Assembly (NCBI GenBank): GCA_965649765.1 | Contig: OZ287753.1 | Location: 32,054,001-32,118,000 of the forward strand | DNA: 64,000 nucleotides | Direction of reading: 5' to 3' | From: Bispira polyomma | Lineage: Eukaryota | Shown: positions 1 to 9,955 of the stretch, one piece after another | Numbering within the stretch: the first letter of the stretch is position 1 | How the letters are laid out: each line of letters opens with the position of its first letter | Position numbers and translations under genes: made by a program | The notes under the pieces: model-generated | What the model was told of the DNA's origin: nothing | Databases searched by the model: none | What the model saw: the letters and a program-made list of their open reading frames with translations, nothing else

Positions 1-115
1 CAATGGAACCTCAATTATCCAAACATGTTGGGGGAGCAAGACTTTTTGGAATGGAAGGTTCATAAAGTGGACGATTTCTGAATAAAACAAATTTAGAAAA
101 ACTTTGGGAGAGTGT
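1..115 (+). mobile_element. MITE family A (Tc1/mariner-pogo-like, TA TSD), left part; split by the YR element
   Basis: caatggaacctcaattatccaaacatgttgg...tttgggagagtgt matches the left portions of the copies at 19595 and 50088. Confidence 0.8.
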
Positions 116-667
116 GCTATGGGCTGTGCACATAGCTTCAGTCCGGATAAGATCCATTACCTCCGGGGTGGAAATTGTAAATAAGTGTTGGTCAATGTAC
201 GGTTCCTGTGAGCTTCTATTGGGCTCTATATGGCACTATGTTGGGGGCAGCTGCAGGCCTCTTTACTGTAATGCAAATAGTTGTGTGTACAAGCTTAATA
301 TTGCAAACTGGGGGGGTATACCCCAGAGTAGCTCTCTGTCCCCTAGTACATGGGGGTTACTGTATGTGTGGTCAAATGTGGGTCACTTCTGATGCATGAT
401 GAGATTAGCTCACGGGCCAGGTGGTCTGATATTTGTGTGGCTGTGTATGGTTGAATGTTAGGGTGTTATATGTGTGGGGGGAAAGCATGTGGTATGTTTC
501 ATTGTACTAAAGTTGGTCTGGGGGGAAAGTCGTTTTGACAGAGCTATCAACTAGAAGACCAGGCTGTATATTCACTTTCCTTCCATTAACTTTGTTACAC
601 AGTACACTGAGTTTTACATGTTTTTAGGGGGTGATTATCACCATTTATTTTTTATTTTGAGCTTAGG

Positions 668-1816
668 ATGCCGCAAGACCGCCTGGCTAAGCAAATTGCA
701 CACTGTGACTGGTGCAATTTGAAACATCAGCGTCCCGTGGGAGAAGAATGTCCATTTAGCCCGACTGACCAGGACGCTACTGAGCAGTTTGAAGAGGATG
801 GGTCAACGTCTACTGACTTCCCATTGGGACAGAAGTCTCCAGACAAGACGAGCAGTGTAGAGGACAGTACACCTGGGACGTCAGCAGGAGCCACTGACAT
901 GGAGATGATCCTACGTCACCTACGACGGCTGGAGAAGCAGATTGACGAAGTGAAGAGGGACAGACACCATGACGAGGTGACACGTAAGCAACTTAATTGT
1001 ACTGCACCTAGCGTTAACCACGCCCCTCAGGCTGCGACTTCCACCAGCACGGTGATTCCCGGCGACAGTGCTCGTAGTCAGACACCCACCATTAGGCGTC
1101 CTGTACTCGAGGCTGAAGATGCTATTCTCCCCTCGTTAGCCTTCTTACGCAACAATGCCCACCTGCAGAGAAGGGTCGACCAGCAACTGCAGCTACTGGA
1201 GGAAGCAGATAGACTAGACATTTCAGGTAAAAAGATAAAGTCAGGTTTACACCGTTCAGGTGAACTTCAGGCCAAGTTTGAGGTGAACTGGCCTCATGAG
1301 TACGTTTTAAATAGCGACAGACAAGCTGTCCAGTATGACAATTTAACACCAGTACAATTTTGCCAAGGTTTTATGCAATGTATACTCGAAGAATCAGATT
1401 TAAATGTCAGGGAGACCATGTTGCAATATGGGGTACAGTTACTTCAAGATTGCCAGGAAACAAACTGGTATACAGCTAAGTCGGCCCATAAAGTTGTCCT
1501 TCAGCAAGTCGAAAGGGGTAAGCTCAATTGGGGCAATAAAGGGGATGTTAACAACACTCGAGCGAGGTTCACACAGAGAACTATATACCCCACTAGTACG
1601 GCTAAGACAGCCACAGCCAAAACTGCTGGTACCCCCTGTGTAGAATACAACAAGGGTTTTTGTCCCGCTAAAACTGATCATACAGAGAACGGCTCCCTAT
1701 TGAAACATGGTTGCTCTCACTGTTACAAAGTTATGAATAAATTTTGGGGTCACCCAGAAGTTAAGTGTAATAGGAAAAACGGCACATTACAGCTAAAAAA
1801 CGGAGAAATACAGTGA
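668..1816 (+). CDS. Gag-like ORF1 of the YR retrotransposon (382 aa, intact)
   Basis: Uninterrupted ATG ORF. N-terminal C-x2-C-x3-H-x7-C motif (CDWCNLKHQRPVGEEC), predicted coiled coil (MEMILRHLRRLEKQIDEVK), and a C-terminal Cys/His finger (CVEYNKGFC...HGCSHC...HPEVKC) typical of Ngaro-type ORF1. Confidence 0.88.
   Translation: MPQDRLAKQIAHCDWCNLKHQRPVGEECPFSPTDQDATEQFEEDGSTSTDFPLGQKSPDKTSSVEDSTPGTSAGATDMEMILRHLRRLEKQIDEVKRDRHHDEVTRKQLNCTAPSVNHAPQAATSTSTVIPGDSARSQTPTIRRPVLEAEDAILPSLAFLRNNAHLQRRVDQQLQLLEEADRLDISGKKIKSGLHRSGELQAKFEVNWPHEYVLNSDRQAVQYDNLTPVQFCQGFMQCILEESDLNVRETMLQYGVQLLQDCQETNWYTAKSAHKVVLQQVERGKLNWGNKGDVNNTRARFTQRTIYPTSTAKTATAKTAGTPCVEYNKGFCPAKTDHTENGSLLKHGCSHCYKVMNKFWGHPEVKCNRKNGTLQLKNGEIQ
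1795..1801 (+). promoter_or_regulatory. Candidate -1 programmed ribosomal frameshift heptamer A AAA AAC (gag to pol)
   Basis: Correctly phased X XXY YYZ in the gag frame (cta aaa aac), five codons before the gag stop. The -1 frame is the pol frame and has no ATG. Confidence 0.7.
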
Positions 1817-4244
1817 ACAATATAAATTTTAAAGTGTTATCTAGAGTGATCTGGAACTCAAGTTATAAGCACTGCAGTCAGCAGAAATGGATTCCTGTAA
1901 AATGTAATGTTATTGAAAGTAATGTGCATAATGTATATACTAGAAATGACAATACTGGTTTGTCCAGTAGCAAGATTCATAAGGTTGATTGTGCTACAGA
2001 TGGCGCGTTTCATGTTCTCAGCAGTGCATGTAATTCCTTTTCAGGTACTATAGGCAGTAATACTGGTGAATTGATTCCCTGAGTTACAGATCATAATATT
2101 TGCCCCCCCCTCTTATAAACCACGTGTAGCCCATTATGGGACTAGTGAAGCACGTGACGCTAACTGTGTTGGCATTTTGGCAGATTTAAATGACCCTGTA
2201 CTAGAAGCAGATAAAACTGCCATATATGGTGAACCCAGTATTGCTGCCTGCAAAGGGGTTTCCCCTGCCATGGTGGATGAAGCATGTGTGTGCAAGGTTG
2301 CTGATATTAGTTCAGATACTCAGGGCCCCAATAAGGTTCCAAGTAAAAATCAATGTAAAAACATTTCAAAAATTTCAGAAAGTGATACAGTGGATATTTA
2401 TTCTTCTGATGAGAATACGAACATTTTCAAGTTCCTCAAGGGACATTATGGTGATAAAGTGTTTAAGAAACCTATCACTAGACAAAAATATAATGATAAA
2501 GCATTTGCTGGTTTGTTGACACGGGAGTTTGGGTTTATAAACACGTGTAGTACTGAGTACTATCTGGCTGGTACATATAGTGAACTCGACTGCTCTGACT
2601 TTAATGAATGGGTGGTACAACCTCATACTATAGTTAAAGCTACTGGGTGCCACAACTACCAAAAAGCGTAAAAGTCCCTTCTAGCTTCAATTTCCCTGTG
2701 CTTTACAATTTGCTCAATAATTATAAAGATCCTAAATTATTTGAATATCTGTTATTCGGGTTTCCATTGTGTGTGGATTATGACAAGTTCACATACAATG
2801 AAGCCACTTCTAATCATGCTTCTTCACTTGATTATCCGGATGACATTCAAATATACATTGATACAGAAATTGCTCACAAAGCATTGGCAGGGCCGTTTTC
2901 TAAAGAACCCCTCTCCCCACTTCACATTTCCCCCCTCCTCTCCCGACCAAAACCGGGTGCTAGTAAGCGGGTCATAGTCAATTTGTCCCATCCTTATGGC
3001 TCATCTGTCAACAGTAACGTCCTTGATGGCATTTATGACGGTAGTGAATTTGAATTGAGTTATCCAAATATTGACGACATAGTAGCAGAAATTGGACGTT
3101 TTGGACCGAAAGCTAAAGTGTTCAAGGTCGACATAAGTCGTGCTTTTCGTAATATAAAGATTGACCCTAGGAACTATGACGTCACAGGTATATTCTGGGG
3201 TGATGCATATTACGTCGACGCCAGTACGGTGTTTGGCTACAAGCACGGCTCGGCTCATATGCAAAGACTAGTAGACCTTATCAGGGACGTCTTTGGGTGT
3301 CAGGGTTATGTTATCAAAGGATACATAGACGACGTGATCGGTATAGCCCCTCCTGACGTTGTAGACGCAGCATTTACGTCTTTGGTTAACTTAGTGGACG
3401 CTATGGGTCTTCCTATTAACCTTAAAAAGCTAGAGCCCCCTCAAGACACAGTCACGTGTATGGGAATGGTGGTAAAGGCAAGGGAAGGTAAAATCGAAAT
3501 CCCCACTGAGAAATTACAGGAGGTTAAAAACTGTTGTGCATCATGGGTAGGGCGAACACATGCAAGTAAACGTGATTTACAATCATTATTAGGACGTCTC
3601 TTGTACATACACAAGTGTGTAGTCCCTGCACGTCTCTTTGTTAACAGGATGCTAAGTACACTCAGGGGTTCCCCTAATGGCTCTATAATTGAACTGGACG
3701 ACGAGTTCCATAAGGACGTATGGTGGTTTCACACGTTTCTAGAGCATTTTAATGGTGTAGTATTGATTCACAAAATGGAAATTCCCGATATTCAGGTTAA
3801 AGTTGATGCAAGCCTTTCTGGAGTAGGTGCTATTTGGTTGGACAATGTGTATGCAGCCACTGTTCCACTTGAGTTAACGCAAAAGTGTACCATCGTTCAT
3901 TTAGAAATGGCAAATATTTTGGTTAGCCTTAATGTCTGGGGCCATTTATGGCGTGGTAAATATGTTGAAATTGCTTGTGATAACTGGGTCGTGGTGCAAG
4001 TGTTGTCATACGGTCGTACCAGAGATAAAATACTCATGTTATATGCACGTACTGTGTGGTGGATTTAGCTTGTTTAGATATTAAATTGAAGGTTGTCCAC
4101 ATCATGGGTGCAGACAATGGTGAGGCAGATTGTCTGTCGCGCTGGTTTAGTGGGGGTACTACTAAAGCACTGATTGACCAGCTGAGTAAAGCTCACTGGT
4201 GGTTGGTAACAAAAGATTTCTTTTTACCAAATTGTTTTATTTAA
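1795..4244 (+). pseudogene. pol: low-complexity linker, reverse transcriptase and RNase H; disrupted
   Basis: RT motifs LHISPLLSRPK, KVDISRAFR, FGYKHGS, YIDD. RNase H residues in VDAS, HLEM, CDN, EADCLSR. Lesions: TGA at 2080-2082, +1 in the C-run 2103-2110, frameshifts at ~2668 and ~4065. Confidence 0.92.
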
Positions 4245-4250
4245 TCATAG

Positions 4251-5231
4251 GTCCGTCCATGGCCAACAGACTGCTTAGGCAAGTTCAACTGAAAATTCCA
4301 CTGGCACATAGACCTCGTACTAGGGTGGCTTATGCTGCACAGTTTAAAACTTTCTTGGCGTTGACCTTGTTTTGGAACATACAGGACTTCACTTCTCTCC
4401 CTTTTTTGTTAATTTATATTGAATTTCTGTCTACATCAGGGTTGTCCCCCCCCCCCCCCCCCCCTCCCACTGTTCAAAATTATGTCTCGAGTGGTAAACA
4501 CTATTTTCGGTTTTTTGGCCTGGACTCTGCTATTTTTGTGCATCTTAAAGTTAAAATGTTACTTAGAGCTATTGTTCTTAATTCTCCTTATACACCCAGA
4601 ATTAAAGGGGTTATAACAGTACAGATGTTAGAACAGCTTGTAGCTAAATGTGCACCTATTATAGATGGAATTGTTTATAAAACACTATTTTTGGTTTCCT
4701 TTTTTTGGATTTTTTCGTATCTCTAACATGTTGCCAGCCACATATAAGGAAATTTCTCAGGTCAGGTCGTTTACACGGGCTGACATTATATTTAAACCCC
4801 CTGGCTGTCATATAACATTAAAGTGGTCTAAAACCATGCAAAATTATGACCAGTTTCAAATTGTCCAACTACCACGGCTAGTTAATAGCCCTCTCTGCCC
4901 TATCCAGGCACTTAAAGATATGTTTAGAATGTGTCCAGCACTTCCATCTCATCCTGTGTTTTCATTGCGTTCTAAAGTGGGACTGCGTCCCTTGTTGGCC
5001 ACTAAGGCCCGTCAAGTGTTAGCTGCCTTGTGGCAGTCTTTGGGTTATGCACCTTCCTCACTTACATTTCACGCTTTCAGGCGTAGTGGTGCTACACTGG
5101 CTTTCAACAATGGTATCATGTTTCAGGATATTCGCATTCACGGAAATTGGAAAAGTGATGCTATCTTTGCATATTTGGATCATAATAACTCTGCTAATAA
5201 AGTTGCCACCAATTTTCAACAAATTCTGTAA
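4251..5231 (+). pseudogene. Tyrosine recombinase (YR integrase) with one poly-T frameshift
   Basis: Catalytic residues in FFRISN (R), WSKT (K), FHAFRRSGA (H-x-x-R), HGNWKS (W) and IFAY (Y). ATG at 4259. In-frame poly-C expansion ~4446-4463 and +1 T at ~4700-4706. Confidence 0.92.
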
Positions 5232-5260
5232 ACTTGAGTTTACTTTTTACCTTTCTCATA

Positions 5261-5291
<31 letters not shown>

Positions 5292-5412
5292 AAAAAAAAA
5301 TTCTACCACTATTTTTGGGTTTGGGGCTTTTCCTCCATATCTTTAATTATTAGTGTGTTGATATTGTGTAATGTTCAAGTTATGTAGATTAAAGATATGC
5401 CCTAAAGTTGTT

Positions 5413-5418
5413 AATAAA
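5413..5418 (+). promoter_or_regulatory. Candidate polyadenylation signal of the YR element
   Basis: AATAAA about 180 nt after the YR stop, followed by T/GT-rich sequence. Confidence 0.45.
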
Positions 5419-5595
5419 ACTTAGTTTGTTAACGTTTCTTCTTATTCATATGTAATACGGGTAGTGAAATACTCGATTACACCTGTTTTCCCCTTTGGAC
5501 TTTCTATTAAGTTAACCCCCACATCACTATACTCATGGTGGTTCTGAAACTTTATGCAGTGTGGTCAAGGTAATCTCTATTCTTTACTGGACTGT

Positions 5596-5658
5596 AAAAT
5601 GAATTTGTGAAAATTAAATATTAGTATAATAGAAGTTTGGATAATAGAGGTTGTACTG
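5596..5658 (+). mobile_element. MITE family A, right part
   Basis: aaaatgaatttgtgaaaattaaatat...ggataatagaggttgtactg followed by TA; continues the alignment to the copy at 50088-50275. Confidence 0.8.
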
Positions 5659-7529
5659 TATTTACTTTTGACTAGTTTTAAATAGAGCAGTTTAAGGTTG
5701 AACTAAGATTGCTAAGGCTTAGTTTATGGTTTAATATGGAGTTCCATACAGTTGTATTTTATCACTGATGAGCAGTTTACTGGTGGAGGAAAAACTAGAT
5801 AAGTCTTTATAGATTGTAAGTTTTTACTGGACCCACTTATGTCATTGGTATACTATAGCAGAGGTATTTAAAATATTTGCTAATGACAAGATTAATTTGA
5901 TCCATATTGTCCAGTCATCTAAAATATATATATCCAATACACCAAGAAATTGTAAAATAATTACAGTATTTTGGTTGTTGATGTAGTTTTGACTAAAACT
6001 GTATATAACTGATGATGATAGGATGCCATTACCACACAAATCCAGACCAACAGGTACCAACAGTCATAGTAACACAAAACCATGGATCTCTGGCTGGAGA
6101 TTGAGAAACCTATACACCTTTATCAAGGAAAGTAAAGGTAAATTAAAAGCTAGATTTTCCCCACTTCTGCTGCTATCTGTGTTGTGTTAATCTACATGGG
6201 TGTAAATACACATTACAACCAAGGAGAAACCACAGCTACTTAACCAGAGCTGCAAAGAAAACATTCCTAGAGGATTGTATGACTTTAGTGTGTGCTAATC
6301 TAATATTCTATCATAAGCCACAGATTACACATTCTTCCCTTATCAAATCTCTATTATCAAAAATTTTATATATCTGAATATTCGATTATATGAATTCAAT
6401 TGCACTTTTGAAAATGTATATTTACCCAGTTATTGTATAACGTATGGATGTAAATGTGTATAAGCCACTTTATTGTATAACCTAAGCTATATACAATATT
6501 GCAGTGCATGGTAGAGTAGAAGTGGCAGTTATTGTATAACCTACGGTAGTGTATTGTAGAGTACAAGTTGCCAGGTAAGAAACAACTCTTTAGATATTTT
6601 GATCACATTGGGTGTGTCTCTGCATGTGGCACAGCAGTGAGTATACAACTGGGAGCTATTTTACATAATTCTACACTCCTGTACAGCCTACCTATACATA
6701 GAACACTACCACTACAGGTACCATGTGTGTGTGCATGCTGGATGTGTAAATGGCCCCTAAGGGGGTCAGCGCAAACAATGCAATCTGGGTGGTAATTGCG
6801 CTTAATATCATTGTAAGTATGAAAACAATGGCCTGATATGATGAACTAGAAGCCAGGTTCAATTTCATGAGTTTTGTATCAAATGTTTTGTTAATGCAGT
6901 CTTATCAGAATACAAATACACTAGTTCCAAAAAGTCGAGTAATCCCATCATTTAATCTAATATATATAGATCTTTAATTAAGAAAGACTTCACATAATGT
7001 CATAGTATTTCACATTATCACAGTATTTTGTATACATGTATTCTAACCTCAGATATCTCAAAGTATAGACCTCTGTCAAAAAATACCATGTTACTGGATC
7101 CGAGGTCGAAGAGTTCATTTGGCAATAGTACAGATGGTCTGGTTAACAGGAAAACTATAAACTTAAGCTTGTGCTACCTTACTAGAATAACACTACATAT
7201 AGAATTATACATACCATATCCTGAAATTCTTCAATGCTACTATCGCATTAACATTTGTGAGTTTTGTCCTTGTTAATAAATATTCGACCCTCAAACTGCG
7301 GTAACGTCTATTAGTGCAGGGTGAAATGCTGTATATAGGCAGTACTACTTATAATTTAATTGTGTGACTTCTTGTACTCTCTTCTCACAAAATACTTATT
7401 ACTAAATGCCAGCGAGAAGCTGCCCTCAGTGACATTTCACATGATGATACCCTACAATTAGTCAAACAATAAATAGGCTTTGTTTAACGAGATTTGTCTT
7501 TTTCAATATTACTCATTAGCTGTAATATT

Positions 7530-7705
7530 CGGTTGAACCCCTTTAAGTCAAATCTCAAGGGACCATAAGAAATACCTCTACTTAAGCAGAATTTCCACAT
7601 AACAGGGTAGATTTCACAGGAAAATGCCCTTCTGGAACTGCAAATTTGTCTCCACATAACAGGGAAATTGACTTTAACAGAGTTCTATTTAAAGGGGTTC
7701 GAGTG
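7530..7705. mobile_element. MITE family B (TIR cagttgaacccctttaag)
   Basis: Terminal inverted repeats. Related copies at ~10481-10623, 21483-21635, 45833-45990, 47667-47785, 50513-50694, 58064-58250 and 58268-58442. Confidence 0.75.
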
Positions 7706-9729
7706 TAACAGTTGTACATTATACTTTCAATCTTTTTCCGCCATTAAATATCCATGACTACAATTTTAGACTAAAGTACCATAACCTCTGTTGAGGCAAT
7801 AAAATGAGATTAATTTTTTTTCTGTCTGGTTACAGCCACTACTGACCTCCCCACAACAAACACTAACCACTACTAAGCGTGTTGTACTCAACTTGTACCA
7901 ATAGAAGACCAGAAAACCTATATTGTTATTGATATTGGTGATCATTTCACACATCCGCTAAATTGCACATTGCAAGAGATGACTTATTCTCTTGACAGAT
8001 GAGATTGTCTTTGCTTCGCCCTTTTAAAAAACTGTAGTTCCCCCCTCCCTCCCCCCCTCCTCACCAACCCCTCATCCCCAATCCCTGTCATAACTCCCCC
8101 CACTCCACCTCTTATCAAAGCCTCCCTCCCCCTTCGTGTTCAAACGGCCTGTAGCGGACAATTTATCTGGAGCGAGCGGGAGCTGGTTAGAGAAGTTAAC
8201 CCGGGGTCCGCTTATAATGAGTCGTGGTTATTGAGTTGTTTATAGGGCACTGAGGGCTTTTTACTCTCCCCTCCCCCCAACACACACACACATTGCCACA
8301 TTGCATGACTTGTAGCCATTGCTGCCCTAAATGCTCTAACATCCCCTGACTTGTTGTGTGGTACGTAATTTTACATCATGACTGAAAGACCATTTCCTTC
8401 TTTGAAATCTATCTTATGACAAGTATATTAGTGGCTTTATTATATTGGGTGTGTTAGTTTATTGTAGATGTATATGTTGCACGACATTTATCTGACCAAA
8501 GGGCCCTACCAACCCTTTTATTCGTCTTAATGTGTTGGATTTTGAAATACTGATTCTTAACAGAGTAGAAACTCCATTATCCAAATATGTACTGAGAACA
8601 AGATTTTGTTTGGACTATTTAATGTATGTCACAGAAGAGATTTTGTATATAATAATATATATAAATTTATTTAAATTTAGGACAGTAAAATGTGTTCAAA
8701 ATATTGAATATTAGGATGACAGAAGCTTTGTTAAAACAGATATTAGTTCGATTTTTTTCTATAAATTTACAAAAGTTTATGTAGCTACACAGTGAAATAA
8801 TTCACAAATAAGACCTTAGTTTAAAAGATATACCCCCAGGAAGAATGCACTGACCTACATATTATTGGCATCACTCAAATGTAAGTGACGTTAACTTTAG
8901 TTAAACCTTTTTTTATACCAGGGTAATGTTTTAACAAACTTAATTGTATTGTTGTAGAAGTAATGAGGTAGAACACACAGATATGACTTTTTGTTTTACC
9001 TTCTAAATTACGTCAATGTCAAAGGAGTAAAAATGTTGTTGGTTAAACATGTCACAAACTATATGGCTGGACATTTGTCTATAATTGCAGTATTTTTCAT
9101 GACAAAATGATACTATACTTGTTTTTTTTTTCAGGCAAAACTAATGGTTGAAGTTTTAGAATAGAACAAAGTCAGGGATGTTTAAAGAACAAGGATGGAG
9201 GAGGATTGGAGGTCATTGAACCTTTTTCAGGTTTTTTTAAAATTAAAGTAGAATGAGTTATACAGCATTCTAACTGTACTGACGTTATGTATCAGCAAAC
9301 GAAAGATGTTTCGGAGCTGTTATATTTATAAGTTTTATTACTTTGGACGTCTTTAAAAACATATTACAAGGTTATATAGTTGCGTGCCATGCAGGTACTT
9401 TGTATGCAAGCTTGTTTCATCTGTATGTTCATCAAAATAGCTATGGTAAGCCAATTTGTTTCACATTTGTTTTGGCCATCTTTAAAACATCTGCAGATAA
9501 TTAAGTTATACATATATACATTACTGCAACATTGGTATTTGAGGAAACTACAGTTTGCAGTTGATGGCCAGAAGATTATTTAATATGTAGCAATGTCTGT
9601 ATTGGATACAGTAGCATACATCAATGTGTACAATAACTTAATACTCCCTTTTTAGGATGACCTGATAAATAATTTTGGCACTCCACAAATATACACTTGT
9701 ACATTATATTATTACATCCCAAAGGCCAG

Positions 9730-9955
9730 GGCTCATATGCTCATAAGAAAATCAAGCTCAAACTCAGACTCAACTCAAATGAAGACGATGTGGAAATCCT
9801 TGTACATGAAAGCAACCTATACTTGTGACCATTTATTTTAATTAGCTTTTAATGCTGAATTTAAATATGCAGTCAGATTCGACTTAACTCATACCTAACC
9901 AGAGTTTTGAACTTTAGTCTGATTTGAGATTGAAATCTTTTAGAAAATACAGCTC
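9730..9955. mobile_element. MITE family C, old copy
   Basis: Similar to 31990-32231; flanked by CAG on both sides. Confidence 0.65.

Larger units (their letters stand above)
1227..4250 (+). other. Predicted GT-AG intron joining Gag N-half to YR
   Basis: Donor CAG|GTAAAA at 1226/1227. T-rich acceptor ttgttttatttaatcatAG|GT at 4250/4251. Both phase 1, so the join is in frame. Confidence 0.55.
113..5595 (+). mobile_element. Tyrosine-recombinase retrotransposon (DIRS order, Ngaro-like proteins), near full length, with several frameshifts
   Basis: gag, RT/RNaseH and YR ORFs in order on one strand. Ends are set by interruption of a MITE (1-115 / 5596-5658), with TGT at both junctions (113-115, 5593-5595). 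Confidence 0.93.

Noticed and set aside
114-399. ORFs 114-392 and 208-399
   Set aside because: Non-ATG starts, no recognisable domain; they lie in the retrotransposon 5' leader.
5765-5800. ctgatgag...gaaa resembling a hammerhead ribozyme core
   Set aside because: No supporting stems; the sequence resembles the SINE tail at ~40338.
7846-7958. AG..GT-bounded minus-strand segment as the UNC5 TM exon
   Set aside because: Stop codon after three residues in the required phase.
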